A DNA stretch of 64,000 bases from a virus, in the IMG/VR virus record IMGVR_UViG_3300049460_000134, positions 51,556 through 115,555 of that record; one strand, 5' to 3'. The notes beneath the pieces were generated by a model. It saw only the letters and a program-made list of their open reading frames with translations. It was not told the DNA's origin and made no database searches. Shown here one piece after another: positions 8,021 to 18,446 of the stretch (position 1 is the first letter of the stretch; every line of letters starts with the position of its first letter). Made by a program: the position numbers and the translations under genes.

Positions 8021-10357
8021 ATGGAAGTTTCGCAGCTTGCGCAGCTCGACACACACGCCGTCATCGGCGGTGAAGATCCTGAAGCGTTCGGCATGGCTGA
8101 TACTCCAGAATTCTATCAGATGCTCTCAGCCAGCATCTATCGCGACAAGATCCGCGCAGTCGTGCGCGAGACGATCTGCAATGGCTGGGACGCGCATATC
8201 ATGGGCGGCTGCACCGACAAGGCAGTGCAAGTTACACTCACGGACGAGGAGCTTGTCATCAAGGACTTCGGTCCCGGCATTCCGCATGAGAAGATGCGGC
8301 CGATCTATTGCATCTACGGCGTTTCGACGAAGGTGAAGGATGAGAGCCAGACCGGCGGTTTCGGTCTCGGATCCAAGTCGCCATTCGCCGTCACCGATCA
8401 CTTCTCCGTCGTCTCGTGCTTTGCAGGCACACGCTCTGTCTATGCCATCTCTCGCGGTGGCAAAGCTACAAGCGGCAAGCCTGACATGCGCCGCATGGTC
8501 GCCGTGCCGACAACCGAAAGCGGCGTCACTGTCACGGTCCCGATCAAAAAGGAAGAGCGCGAGAGCTTTGCCAAGCACATTCGCGCCGTTGCAAAGCAGG
8601 GCGGCATGCTGGTGACGCTGAACGGCGAACTTCTGGAGCGCTTCGATTACGAGGAGGCGCGCAAGACTGAGTTCTGCGTCGTCGCGCCTCACTGGATGCA
8701 CGAAAGCCGCATCTATACGCTCTACGGCACCGTCCTCTATCCGGTGATGACGACCGACCCTGATATCTCCAAGCTGACACGCGATATCGAAGGCCTGATC
8801 GGCTACGGCTCGACGCTGGTTATCGTTGCCCCGCCGAATTCAGTCGAAGTCACGCCGTCGCGCGAGTCCCTCTCTTTTACGGATGGAACCACCGACACCA
8901 TCAAGCGGCTGCTCGACAAGGCATGCACGCGCATCAGCAAGGCAATTCCGGCAGCTACTAAGCTCGCTGTCGATGCACGCGTTGCAAAGAACGGCCGCCT
9001 AGCGCTCGCGAGCAAGATCCACGCGATCAGAGAGGTGCCTGAGAAGGTTCTCTCCAGTGCGCTCGCGATCGCCGAGCACGCCGTCCGCTCGAATCCTGAT
9101 AACCATATCCAGTATGATCGACAGCGGCGCCTATGCCTTCAGGCAGCGCAGCGACTGTTCAAAGATGATCGCCGCACCTTCCGCCGTGCGCTGAAGCGTG
9201 GTTACAACGCTGGCGAGGACAGCTTCAAGGCGTCGAGCAAGCCGCTCATCCGCATTGCCTCGAAGATGGGCATGCTGAAGGATGCGCACCTCTTCAACAT
9301 CTACGCCTATCGCTACCAGACGATCGGCTCCAAGACCAATCCGCTGAAGGAGCACGACACCGGGGTCGTTAGGCCTGTCCTTTGCGTGGCGCGCAATCTG
9401 CGCGATCTGCGACCGACGATGAGCGGTGCAAGCAGCGGTTTTCCGCCGGACAAGGATAGCTTCATCGCCGGCCTGGTCATGCGCCAGTGGACTGCGGAGC
9501 GCCTGAAGCAGCTTCGCGCGCTCGCCGAGCACTACAAGCTGAAGCTGGTCATCTTCGATTACGAAGCAGCGAAGAAGCCGAAGAAAGCACCGGTCAAGCG
9601 CGAAAAGATCGTCGACAAGTATTTCGCCCTTGGTGATTTCAGGGGAACGACTTGCGAAACGGCAAACCTCGAAAATCCGAAATACTTCCTGATGAGCTTT
9701 GCGCGCGAAGGCATGCGTTCGCCCTTTCAGGATGAAGGCCATCAATACCACCACCTTCTTGCGAAGCGCTATCCGGAGACGGCTGTCATTTCGTCCAAGA
9801 CAGACGCTGAGAAGCTGATGAAGCGCGGCGCAGTCAATCTGACCGGTGTCATTGCCAAGCGCATTGCGGAGCTCGCTGGGGTCCGTGAGGTCCAATACGC
9901 TTACGCGATCCGCGAAGGCCTGATGTGCAACGGCAATTATCACCACTACCCATCAGACCTGGCCATTTCGTTCGCCAAGCTCGACATGCGGATTGCAAAG
10001 CGCCTGTTCCCCGACAAGGCGACGCCTGGCGCTCTCGCTGAAGAAGGCTTGCTTCTGAACGACGTGATGAACTCGCTGCGGCTCGATTATCAGGACCGCA
10101 ACTGCGGCGGCAATGAAGCCAAGCTCAAGATCTGGACGTCTGCGAGAGAGACCTACAAGGCCATGACCACGTCATATGCCGACCAGAAATTCAGTTACTT
10201 GAGCGTCCTGGCAGGCATCAGAGTTACCGGCGGCATCAAACGCAAGATCGATGATCTCCACGACATCATCGTCTTTTTGCAGGACCGCGAGAGTAAGTCA
10301 AAATTGACTGAATCCCTTTTGAACCCAATTGCTAACGCCCAGAAGGAGGCAGCATGA
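8021..10357 (+). CDS. rIIA: rIIA-like protein (GHKL ATPase N-terminus)
   Basis: RETICNGWDA, DFGPGI and GGFGLGSKSPFA motifs; adjacent to rIIB. Confidence 0.88.
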   Translation: MEVSQLAQLDTHAVIGGEDPEAFGMADTPEFYQMLSASIYRDKIRAVVRETICNGWDAHIMGGCTDKAVQVTLTDEELVIKDFGPGIPHEKMRPIYCIYGVSTKVKDESQTGGFGLGSKSPFAVTDHFSVVSCFAGTRSVYAISRGGKATSGKPDMRRMVAVPTTESGVTVTVPIKKEERESFAKHIRAVAKQGGMLVTLNGELLERFDYEEARKTEFCVVAPHWMHESRIYTLYGTVLYPVMTTDPDISKLTRDIEGLIGYGSTLVIVAPPNSVEVTPSRESLSFTDGTTDTIKRLLDKACTRISKAIPAATKLAVDARVAKNGRLALASKIHAIREVPEKVLSSALAIAEHAVRSNPDNHIQYDRQRRLCLQAAQRLFKDDRRTFRRALKRGYNAGEDSFKASSKPLIRIASKMGMLKDAHLFNIYAYRYQTIGSKTNPLKEHDTGVVRPVLCVARNLRDLRPTMSGASSGFPPDKDSFIAGLVMRQWTAERLKQLRALAEHYKLKLVIFDYEAAKKPKKAPVKREKIVDKYFALGDFRGTTCETANLENPKYFLMSFAREGMRSPFQDEGHQYHHLLAKRYPETAVISSKTDAEKLMKRGAVNLTGVIAKRIAELAGVREVQYAYAIREGLMCNGNYHHYPSDLAISFAKLDMRIAKRLFPDKATPGALAEEGLLLNDVMNSLRLDYQDRNCGGNEAKLKIWTSARETYKAMTTSYADQKFSYLSVLAGIRVTGGIKRKIDDLHDIIVFLQDRESKSKLTESLLNPIANAQKEAA

Positions 10358-11724
10358 CAAATAAGGTTCGCATTGCCGGTGCTATCGCATCGAACACCGG
10401 CGTAACGTTTTATCTCGACAATGGCGGCGAGCTTAACCTCGCCAAAGACCACCCGACGACGATCAAGGTCATGGACCTCGTAGTCGAGGCGCTGAAGCGC
10501 AATGAACAGGTTACGATCAACCTGGATGACTTCTCGGTCGAGAAGAAGCTGGAGAAGCAGACCAGGGGCGCGATCCGTCTCGTTCGCGGCGCTTTCTCGA
10601 AGATCAAGGCGATGCTCGGTGGTTCGACCGAAGACGCCGACGTCGAAAAGCTTGGACAGGTTCGACTTGCATCGCCGGCGAGTCCCGCCGCGCCTGTCAG
10701 CTCGCCGATGCCGATCGAGCCGGAAGAGCTGCACGCCATTGTCGACGGCAAGATCATTCCAGGCGTAGAAGCGCTCTCGACGCACATCGAGCACGCCGTC
10801 GAGACCAACGACACCGAAGGCTTGCAGCGCTTCATGGAACGCATTGCAGCCGTCATCGACACGCGCTCACACTCTGTCAAGGAGCTGCTTAATTTCATGA
10901 GGCGCGGTGATCTGCCGATCGCGAAGGACGGCTCGATCGTCGCTTACAAGGTGCTGCAGTCGAGAGCCACTGGCTTCGTCGATTGCCACTCGAAGAAGGT
11001 GACGCAGAAGCTCGGCTCTTTCGTGCAGATGGACGAAAAACTCGTCGATCCGAACCGTCGCAACGAATGCTCGACTGGCCTGCATATCGCGCGCCGTGCT
11101 TATCTCAGCGGCTTTGGTGGCGACATCATCACACTGGTCAAGGTCGCACCTGAAGACGTGATCGCGGTTCCGCCAGGTGAGCCGAACAAGATGCGCGCCA
11201 AAGGCTATCACATCTGCGCTGTGCTGCCGAAGGACGTTCACCAGACCCTACGCAACAACCAGCCGATGACTGGCAATGAGAAGGCGGCAAAGCTGCTCGC
11301 TGACGTGATCGCCGGCAATCACACGCCCATCCTCGAGTTCGTCAATATCGGCTCTGCAATGGGCGGCAATGTGACCGTCACGCCCGTCGAAGGCGCCAAG
11401 AAGATTGCTCGTGCTGCAGTCGGCACCTCTGGCACCGCAAAGGCGCTCGATGACAAGGCGCCTGAAGAGAAGGTCGAGCTGTCGCTCAAGGAAGTCCGGA
11501 AGAAGGTCGATGATGCTTACGTAGAGGCCAAGAAGGTCAAGAAGCCAAAGGCAGTGAAGACTACGAAGGCCAAGGCTCCTGCGAAATCGGCACCTGTCGC
11601 ACGGCAGATCCCTGAGAAGTATCAGAAGGCGCTCGATCTGATTGCAGCCGGTCAGTCCCAGCGCGAGGTGGCGAAGCTCCTCAACGTCTGCCCCAAGACG
11701 ATGCGCAAATACCTGAAGGGCTGA
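10354..11724 (+). CDS. rIIB: rIIB-like protein
   Basis: LPIAKDGSIVAYK, CSTGLH and KVAPEDVIAVP motifs; C-terminal HTH. Confidence 0.88.
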   Translation: MTNKVRIAGAIASNTGVTFYLDNGGELNLAKDHPTTIKVMDLVVEALKRNEQVTINLDDFSVEKKLEKQTRGAIRLVRGAFSKIKAMLGGSTEDADVEKLGQVRLASPASPAAPVSSPMPIEPEELHAIVDGKIIPGVEALSTHIEHAVETNDTEGLQRFMERIAAVIDTRSHSVKELLNFMRRGDLPIAKDGSIVAYKVLQSRATGFVDCHSKKVTQKLGSFVQMDEKLVDPNRRNECSTGLHIARRAYLSGFGGDIITLVKVAPEDVIAVPPGEPNKMRAKGYHICAVLPKDVHQTLRNNQPMTGNEKAAKLLADVIAGNHTPILEFVNIGSAMGGNVTVTPVEGAKKIARAAVGTSGTAKALDDKAPEEKVELSLKEVRKKVDDAYVEAKKVKKPKAVKTTKAKAPAKSAPVARQIPEKYQKALDLIAAGQSQREVAKLLNVCPKTMRKYLKG

Positions 11725-11725
11725 C

Positions 11726-11878
11726 ATGACGCGCATTGAAGCTCGCATCCAACGCAATCGAGTGATCGCCAGGTTCCTTTTCGTGGCGGCACTCATCGCT
11801 CTCGCAGCCGACTTCGCTCAGCAAGCCGGCCTCATCCCTCACCTCGAGCCTGCACCGCTCACACGGAGTATCAAGTGA
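11726..11878 (+). CDS. Small membrane protein (50 aa, not in ORF track)
   Basis: MTRIEARIQRNRVIARFLFVAALIALAADFAQQ...; fills the rIIB-HNH gap. Confidence 0.5.
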   Translation: MTRIEARIQRNRVIARFLFVAALIALAADFAQQAGLIPHLEPAPLTRSIK

Positions 11879-12282
11879 GTAGGCCTTCGCTCTACGGGAC
11901 TTGGGGCTCGATGATGCAGCGCTGTTACAACACAGAACGCGATTCCTACCCCAAATACGGTGGTCGCGGCATCAAGGTCTGCGATCGCTGGCACGACTTC
12001 CGGAACTTCGAGGCGGATATGTCGCCTCGACCAGATAACACAAGCCTCGATCGTATCGACAACGAAGGAGACTATGAACCTTCAAATTGTCGATGGGCTA
12101 CGCGCACTGAACAAGCGCGCAACCGCATGTCGAATGTTCCCCTCGAATTTGAAGGCGTCACCAAGCTTGAGTGCGAATGGTGCGAGGAGAAGGGAATGAA
12201 ACCAGGAGCCATCAGAAAACGTCTGAGACGCGGCTGGACCGTCGAGCAGGCTATTTCTCTACCACAAGGAGTTAGACTTTGA
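11875..12282 (+). CDS. HNH homing endonuclease-like protein
   Basis: YGGRGIKVCDRW and SLDRIDNEGDYEPSNCRWAT motifs. Confidence 0.85.
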   Translation: MSRPSLYGTWGSMMQRCYNTERDSYPKYGGRGIKVCDRWHDFRNFEADMSPRPDNTSLDRIDNEGDYEPSNCRWATRTEQARNRMSNVPLEFEGVTKLECEWCEEKGMKPGAIRKRLRRGWTVEQAISLPQGVRL

Positions 12283-12935
12283 ACACTGAACGCAAATCCA
12301 ATTACATGCACACTTCGAACGGCAAGAAATACTGGCCGCTCGATCCGCGCCCTGAAGAAGTCCACCTCGAGGTCGTGGCGCACCACCTGGCAACGCGTGC
12401 TCGCTACAACGGCGCAACGCAGCATCCGGTCTTCAAGTCGCGCATCCTTTTCTCGGTGGCTGAACACTCGGTTTTGGTGTCTCGCTTCATCGAGGAAGAG
12501 CTTGGTCGCCCTGATCTGGCGCTCGAAGGTCTCATGCACGACGGCTCCGAAGCGTTCAACGGCGATCTCATCCGGCCGCTGAAGTATGACGACAGCTTCC
12601 GTGCGCCATTCCAGCGCGTCGAGGTTCTGAACGAGAAGGCCAATGCTCTGCGCTTCGGTCTGGTCTATCCCTATCCGGAAGAGATCAAGATCGCCGACGA
12701 GGCTGTTACCGCGGCTGAAGTCAATCAGATCATCGTCAAGGCGCCTGAAGATGACTGGAGCTTCGGCAAGCTGCATGACGACACGCGCGTCGCGCCATAC
12801 GAGATCGAAATGCTCCTGCCCTACGAGGCCAAGGTGCTCTTCCTCGATCGCTTCTATGAATTGGCTCGTCGGCGGAAGGTTGAGGGATATGAAAGATATT
12901 TCGACGCCTCGCTTGCATCCCAATCTGCTGCGTGA
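12279..12935 (+). CDS. HD-domain 5'-deoxynucleotidase (YfbR/YfdR-like)
   Basis: RYNG, SVAEHS and LMHDGSEAFNGD motifs. Confidence 0.85.
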   Translation: MNTERKSNYMHTSNGKKYWPLDPRPEEVHLEVVAHHLATRARYNGATQHPVFKSRILFSVAEHSVLVSRFIEEELGRPDLALEGLMHDGSEAFNGDLIRPLKYDDSFRAPFQRVEVLNEKANALRFGLVYPYPEEIKIADEAVTAAEVNQIIVKAPEDDWSFGKLHDDTRVAPYEIEMLLPYEAKVLFLDRFYELARRRKVEGYERYFDASLASQSAA

Positions 12936-12947
12936 CATTGTCAGTAA

Positions 12948-13208
12948 ATGCTGACTGACAACTTTAAGCAATCGAACGACGAATGGGTGAGCTTCAACTC
13001 GGAGCTCACCCGTAAACTTGAGACGGTGATGGAGCGGTGGGTGACGAACCACACGCAAGGCAAGATCACCGATCGCGAGCTTTACATCCTGACGAGTGCG
13101 CTCTGGGACACATGCTCAGGGCTCACACAAGAACAGCCTTTGCGCCTCCTCGAGCAAATCAACAAGGAGCTGCGCCTGAAGATGAAAGCAGAACGGTCCA
13201 AGGCATGA
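12948..13208 (+). CDS. Hypothetical protein
   Basis: Operon packing. Confidence 0.6.
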   Translation: MLTDNFKQSNDEWVSFNSELTRKLETVMERWVTNHTQGKITDRELYILTSALWDTCSGLTQEQPLRLLEQINKELRLKMKAERSKA

Positions 13209-13780
13209 GCGAGAAGTTCGACAAAGATTCCTGGATCCTCTCTGCGATCAAAGCGAAATACATCGTGCCGCAGGAAGACGGCACGATCTACCGCCGCATT
13301 AGCTGCACGCGCGACGGCAAGCGCATGAGCGCTGAAGTCCGCAGCGTCAAATACACGACGCACAAGAAGTCCGGTCGCGTGTTCTTCAACATGACCTGGC
13401 TCGGCATCACGAAGTCGGTGCTCGTCAATCGCGTGATCGCGCTGGCCTTCCTGCCGAACCCCGACAATCTCCCCCAGGTCAACCATGTGGACGGCGAGAA
13501 GCAGCACAACTACCTGCGTCAGCCGACCGAAGAGCTGAAAGCCAAGTGGGGTGAATACCAGCTCGAATGGTCCACCGGCCAGGACAATGAGAAGCACGCT
13601 CACCGCACCGGTCTGAAGACAGGCCGCGGATCTCAGAATTCGAACGCCAAGCTGACCGCCAACGACGTCGTGGCAATCCGCGCATCCCAGGCGGGAGCTG
13701 CTGATCTCGCCAAACAATACGGCGTGGCGCGCTCGACCATCACCAACATCATCAACAAGAGGACATGGACGCACGTATGA
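13205..13780 (+). CDS. HNH endonuclease with C-terminal HTH
   Basis: VNRVIALAFLPNP, QVNHVDG, LEW..N..HA and NAKLT motifs. Confidence 0.85.
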   Translation: MSEKFDKDSWILSAIKAKYIVPQEDGTIYRRISCTRDGKRMSAEVRSVKYTTHKKSGRVFFNMTWLGITKSVLVNRVIALAFLPNPDNLPQVNHVDGEKQHNYLRQPTEELKAKWGEYQLEWSTGQDNEKHAHRTGLKTGRGSQNSNAKLTANDVVAIRASQAGAADLAKQYGVARSTITNIINKRTWTHV

Positions 13781-14127
13781 TCGACATTTTCGTCTTCGGC
13801 TCAAACCTAGCCGGCCGACATGGCGCTGGCGCTGCAAAGTTCGCAGTCGAACACCACGGCGCGGTCTACGGTCGCGGCATTGGTATCCAGGGTCACAGCT
13901 ACGGCATTCCGACGAAGGACCAGTTCATCAAGACACTGCCGCTCAACATCATCGAGCGGCACGTCGAAGTCTTCAAGACGTTCGCGCGCAACCATGATGA
14001 GCTGACCTTCTACGTCACGCCGATCGGTTGCGGTCTCGCCGGCTACAAGCGCGAGCAGATCAAGCCGTTCTTCGAGGACATGCCGTGCAACTGCCGCTTC
14101 GCTGAAACCTGGGAGGAGGTGGAATGA
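13777..14127 (+). CDS. Phage A1/macro-like protein (IFVFGSN family)
   Basis: IFVFGSNLAGRHGAGAA and FYVTPIGCGLAG motifs. Confidence 0.75.
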   Translation: MIDIFVFGSNLAGRHGAGAAKFAVEHHGAVYGRGIGIQGHSYGIPTKDQFIKTLPLNIIERHVEVFKTFARNHDELTFYVTPIGCGLAGYKREQIKPFFEDMPCNCRFAETWEEVE

Positions 14128-14354
14128 AGATGAACTGGCAAAAGGCGCGGAGCGTCGAACGCAGCCGTGCGTGCTTTGAACCCATGCGCACCGCAGAACT
14201 TCCATCCGAAGAGCTTAGAGAGTTTCAGCGTCGCCCTAGTGGCGAAAAGCATGAGGCTACAATGACAATTCCAAAGGAAACACAAGAGAGACGCAGACAA
14301 CATCGCAGAAGCGGTCCAGCTCGCGGTCGCAATTTCAAAGGAGCGATCGACTGA
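14124..14354 (+). CDS. Hypothetical basic protein
   Basis: GGAGG SD, ATGA overlap. Confidence 0.45.
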   Translation: MKMNWQKARSVERSRACFEPMRTAELPSEELREFQRRPSGEKHEATMTIPKETQERRRQHRRSGPARGRNFKGAID

Positions 14355-14459
14355 TGGAGCCTTTCGTCCTCGGTCTCATCGCAGCCATCGGCGCCGCACT
14401 CGTCTTCATCCCTCTCCTCGTCACCTGCTCTTCCTGTTTTGAAATCTGGAGAACCATCC

Positions 14460-15029
14460 GTGGAACCAATTATTGCAGCCCTCGACACCGAAACCACCGG
14501 CCTAAGGCCGGGAGATCATAGGTTCGTCGAAATCTATATCAGCCTTTGGCGCGGCAGCACCAAGATCTACGAATATCACACGTTGATTGATCCGCAGCGC
14601 TCCATCCCGGCTGACGTCCAGGCCATTCACGGCATCACGCCGTCTGACGTCGCCGGCAAGCCGACCTGGCAGCAGGTAGCGAAGAACGTCCAGGCGGTGC
14701 TCGCCAAGGCTGACGCTCATATGGCGCACAATGCCGCGTTCGATATGGAATTCATCGAAGTCGAGCTGAAACGCCTGAAGCTCGACATGCCGAAGCGACC
14801 GGTCATCGACACTATGGACTATGTCTGGGCAACGCCGGACGGAAAGAAGCCTTCGCTCCTGGAGCTCTGCACGGCTTGCGGCATTGCTTACGACAAGAGC
14901 CAGGCTCACCGCGCCGACTACGACGTTGGCGTCATGGTGCAAGCCTACCACAAGGCGATCGAATTCGGCTTTGCACAGCCGTTCGTGAAGCCGGCAGCGG
15001 AAACTGAAGAAACCGCTCTTGCTGCCTGA
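14460..15029 (+). CDS. DEDDh 3'-5' exonuclease (DnaQ-like)
   Basis: LDTETTG, AHNAAFD and HRADYD motifs. Confidence 0.92.
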   Translation: MEPIIAALDTETTGLRPGDHRFVEIYISLWRGSTKIYEYHTLIDPQRSIPADVQAIHGITPSDVAGKPTWQQVAKNVQAVLAKADAHMAHNAAFDMEFIEVELKRLKLDMPKRPVIDTMDYVWATPDGKKPSLLELCTACGIAYDKSQAHRADYDVGVMVQAYHKAIEFGFAQPFVKPAAETEETALAA

Positions 15030-15122
15030 CATATCCACCCGAACCCCTGCGTGCGCTTCGCTATAACGTATTTGTAAACGAAAACAACGCGCTAGCGAAG
15101 CGCACAGCAAGGAGCTTTTGAA

Positions 15123-15938
15123 ATGAAGAACGCACAAATGGCAGGAAACGTAGTCAACGGCGTGTCGGCAGAAAGCATCGATGATCTCCTCGAAGATCTC
15201 GACCTGGGCATCGAGCCGGCGCGTGGCGAAGAAATTGAAACGATCGTCGCCTCGGAAGAAGTGATCGAGGACGTCGATACGATCGTCGAGGAAGTTGTTG
15301 CCGCTGACGTCTCCGGCGACGACGATCTGTCCATCGACGAACTCGAAATGGGCATCGAGCGCGCTCAGGGCTACCAGGAGCAGGACGGCGGTGAGCAGCT
15401 CGCCGGCAATGCGACTGAGACCGTAGCTTCGAAGAAGGCAAACGCACCGAAGGCAGACTCGACTGTCAAGACAGTGAAAGCGCCGCGTGCATCTACGCCG
15501 CGTCAGCCGCGCGACGTGTCTGCGATCGCCGCTGAAGTCTTCGTCCTCGAAGGCGACGCCTCGCAGATGTCGGCTGACGAACTCGAAAGCAACAAGAAGG
15601 CGGTGATCGACGCTGCGCCGACGCAGAAGAAGATCGCCGAGAAATACGAAAACCTCTTCATGTCGCTCTCGGTCGGCAAGCAGCCTTCGACCTACGTCGT
15701 CCAGGCGTTCAAGTTCCTGGACCAGAAGAAGACGCTGTCCTCGACGGATATCGTCGCGATGCTTAAGGGCTCCTACAAGCAGGGCACTGCTCAGAGCCAG
15801 GCCGGTCAGATCATGAAGCTCTTCGAGGCGACGAAGATCGCGACGCGGACCAAGAACTCGCTGGAGCTGAACGACAACTCGGTCATCGCCGGCAAGCTGC
15901 GCGACATTCTCAACAACGCGAACAAAGCCGCCGCGTAA
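15123..15938 (+). CDS. Acidic N-terminus plus probable winged-helix C-terminal domain; paralog of 36111 and 38916 products
   Basis: C-terminal GTAQSQAGQIMKLF...LELNDNS aligns with ATASTQASSNMRIL...YELTDT. Confidence 0.7.
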   Translation: MKNAQMAGNVVNGVSAESIDDLLEDLDLGIEPARGEEIETIVASEEVIEDVDTIVEEVVAADVSGDDDLSIDELEMGIERAQGYQEQDGGEQLAGNATETVASKKANAPKADSTVKTVKAPRASTPRQPRDVSAIAAEVFVLEGDASQMSADELESNKKAVIDAAPTQKKIAEKYENLFMSLSVGKQPSTYVVQAFKFLDQKKTLSSTDIVAMLKGSYKQGTAQSQAGQIMKLFEATKIATRTKNSLELNDNSVIAGKLRDILNNANKAAA

Positions 15939-16014
15939 GCGACGGCTCATTCACCGGAGCGGCGGCGCGTCCCAGGCGCGCTGCCACCATCAACCACCCC
16001 TGAAAGGAAAGATC

Positions 16015-16278
16015 ATGAAGAAACTCGCAGTAGCGGGTGTGGCTGTTCTCGTCTCATCGTGCAGCAGCCTATTGCCATCCTACGACTACGCCAAGGTGCG
16101 GTCGAACGAATACAAGATGACTGACCATCCGTGGAAATCGGCGAAAGACTGCGTTCGCAAGGAGCCGAAAGGCAAGTTCGACGCGCGCTGTGACATTCCG
16201 GTCGTTGGCTATCGTGGCGACGGCGACATCACACCTCACTTCGGCGTCGGCTCCAGCGCTGGCGGCTTCAGCTTCTAA
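16015..16278 (+). CDS. Putative lipoprotein
   Basis: MKK, hydrophobic stretch and VSSC lipobox. Confidence 0.65.
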   Translation: MKKLAVAGVAVLVSSCSSLLPSYDYAKVRSNEYKMTDHPWKSAKDCVRKEPKGKFDARCDIPVVGYRGDGDITPHFGVGSSAGGFSF

Positions 16279-16289
16279 GGAGCACGACA

Positions 16290-16736
16290 ATGCCACAGAC
16301 AATTAATGGCAGTAAGTTTCCGGCCATCGGCGACGAAGTCGTCTTCCTCGCGGCGAACGGCCATGACTACCAGCTCGAGGCAGCGAAGAAGGTCTTCGTC
16401 AAGGACCAGATCCTCACGGTCAAGGATATCTTGATCGGCGACTGGTATAGCAGCATCGAGTTCCTCGAGCGGCCAGGCCAGACCTTCAACAGCGTCATGT
16501 TCGAGCTCCTCGGCGATGACGTGCAGCCTGAAGAACAGCCGGAGGAGCTGGTGACGCTCCAAGTCACCGAGGCGCAGCGCGACACTATCCTCGCGGCTCT
16601 GCGACTGTGGAAAAACGATCTGGTTGGCGAGTCTCCGGACAACGCCATGCTCGATGACATCGCCACGAACGGCGGGCAGCACGAGAAGCTGGATGATGAG
16701 GCGGTTGATGTGCTCTGCGAGGCGATCAATGTCTAA
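16290..16736 (+). CDS. Hypothetical protein
   Basis: AAGGAG SD. Confidence 0.7.
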   Translation: MPQTINGSKFPAIGDEVVFLAANGHDYQLEAAKKVFVKDQILTVKDILIGDWYSSIEFLERPGQTFNSVMFELLGDDVQPEEQPEELVTLQVTEAQRDTILAALRLWKNDLVGESPDNAMLDDIATNGGQHEKLDDEAVDVLCEAINV

Positions 16737-16962
16737 CATCACCAACGCTGGTCGCGCAGCCTGGGCTGCAATCGCACTCGGTGCCTTCAAGAGCGTCTGC
16801 CAGTGCGACGAAGACGAGGTCGCCAACATCAAGGATCTCATCACGGATCTCTTGCACCTGGCACGCCGGGAGTTCGGCGTCACCGGCGACGATCTCTATC
16901 ACCTCACCCTCTCGGCAGCAGACATGCACTTCGCCGAGGAAATCGAAGATCCGGAGGAATAG
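16729..16962 (+). CDS. Hypothetical protein
   Basis: GAGG SD; DLITDLLHLA motif. Confidence 0.65.
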   Translation: MSNITNAGRAAWAAIALGAFKSVCQCDEDEVANIKDLITDLLHLARREFGVTGDDLYHLTLSAADMHFAEEIEDPEE

Positions 16963-16964
16963 AC

Positions 16965-17408
16965 ATGTGGATCGCATTTGACGACAGACAGCGCGCCGTC
17001 ATCAAGAAGGTGCTCCGCGATCGCATCGACGCTCACACCGAGGGCGACGTGGTCGATGCTACGGTCGCTGACGAGGTTTCGGCGCTCATTCACATTGAGC
17101 GCACGGAGAAGACCTTCGATCCGGCTGATCCCTACCGCGCCTACCTGCAGACGCAGGCTGACGACGACATGGAAGTCGATGACGACGCCATCGTCTCGCC
17201 AGGCGACGATCCTGGTGCCTTTGTGCACGCCTGGATTTGGGTCCGCAACGATGAGGCCGGCGTGCCGGATGAAGACGAGGACTGCTGCGACACCTGCGGC
17301 TCGCCGCTCGACGAGGCCGGCGACGGCTATGATGGCAAGTGCGCAGACTGCGCCGACAAGGCGGATAAAGACACCTACCCCGCCAACTGGACGAAGGACG
17401 ACGGCTAA
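16965..17408 (+). CDS. Acidic protein with C-terminal Zn finger
   Basis: GGAGG SD; CDTC...CADC. Confidence 0.7.
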   Translation: MWIAFDDRQRAVIKKVLRDRIDAHTEGDVVDATVADEVSALIHIERTEKTFDPADPYRAYLQTQADDDMEVDDDAIVSPGDDPGAFVHAWIWVRNDEAGVPDEDEDCCDTCGSPLDEAGDGYDGKCADCADKADKDTYPANWTKDDG

Positions 17409-17423
17409 AAGAATAGCGATAAC

Positions 17424-17450
17424 AATGGCGGGCTCGAAAACCCGCCATTT
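17424..17450 (+). terminator. Intrinsic terminator-like hairpin
   Basis: AATGGCGGG-CTCGAAAA-CCCGCCATTT. Confidence 0.55.
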
Positions 17451-17656
17451 CTAGTCGGCGCGTCCCATGGCAAGCCTCGACTTAGGGATGTCCTGTCTTA
17501 TTTACCCTTTAGTAAATATTGACTGACCGTCCGCATCGCCGAGACTGGCGGTCAGATTGGATTTTAGAATAAACGATTAACCATCATCAGTATCCACCCG
17601 AAATCCTCTATAGCGTGTATCAATGTATGAACGCGCTAACGAAGTAGAAAGGTTGA

Positions 17657-17974
17657 GTGATGGGATTAATATACGATGAAACATCTGTCCGCGCCGCGAG
17701 TAATATTCGCGTTCACGATATGGACGGCACGAAGAACTATCTAAAGCACTATGGCTATAAATTAGAGCTTAGTTTCTTCGCCAAAAACGGCACACGCCAA
17801 GAGCGGTGGCAAGCCGAGAAAGAGCTTGTCATCTGCGAGCGGAAGCCGACCTATTGGGAAAAACATCCTAAGTTTGTCGGAGAGGATGCGCGCCGAGGAA
17901 TGGAGGCACTGAACAGGGCATTGGAAAGAGGCGAGCGCCCGTTAGACACTCGCCGAGAAATGCACTTGGGTTAG
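17657..17974 (+). CDS. Hypothetical protein
   Basis: Downstream of a promoter motif; lower GC. Confidence 0.6.
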   Translation: MMGLIYDETSVRAASNIRVHDMDGTKNYLKHYGYKLELSFFAKNGTRQERWQAEKELVICERKPTYWEKHPKFVGEDARRGMEALNRALERGERPLDTRREMHLG

Positions 17975-18333
17975 GCTGCTACGATCGTCGGCTCAAACTC
18001 CGACGAGTCTTCTCTGATGGTGATGCCGGCACCGAAAACCATTACGTATCGGGCAAAGTCGTCTAATTGGTCGGCGATCGCGGTCGCCAGGGTCTCGGTA
18101 TCTACAACGCGTCCACGCTCTGCGAAGAAGCGTGCCGCGTTTGCGACAATGAAGGATTGGTATTCATTGACAGTCTGTTCGAACACTCGCCGGTGCATTT
18201 CTGTTATCTTCCTTTTCAGATCATCGCCTAGGATAAAATTCCTACCATCTTTGCAGATCGGTTGCAACTGCCCAAAAAGTTGTCCCCGGCCCAGGCTTGG
18301 CGCTGAGATAGCAAGCGCCAAATGTTCCGACAA
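17971..18333 (-). CDS. Hypothetical protein (counter-oriented, lower-GC insertion)
   Basis: 120-aa ORF converging on the 17657 gene. Confidence 0.5.
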   Translation of the reverse strand: MSEHLALAISAPSLGRGQLFGQLQPICKDGRNFILGDDLKRKITEMHRRVFEQTVNEYQSFIVANAARFFAERGRVVDTETLATAIADQLDDFARYVMVFGAGITIREDSSEFEPTIVAA

Positions 18334-18446
18334 TAGGGTGCTAGAAAAAAGTGAGCATCCCTACGTTTAGTGAACTATTATGATGCACTAATTAAACAGA
18401 TATCAATCGATAGCGTTGCCGCTATGTTACAGTTAGGAGAGGTAGA

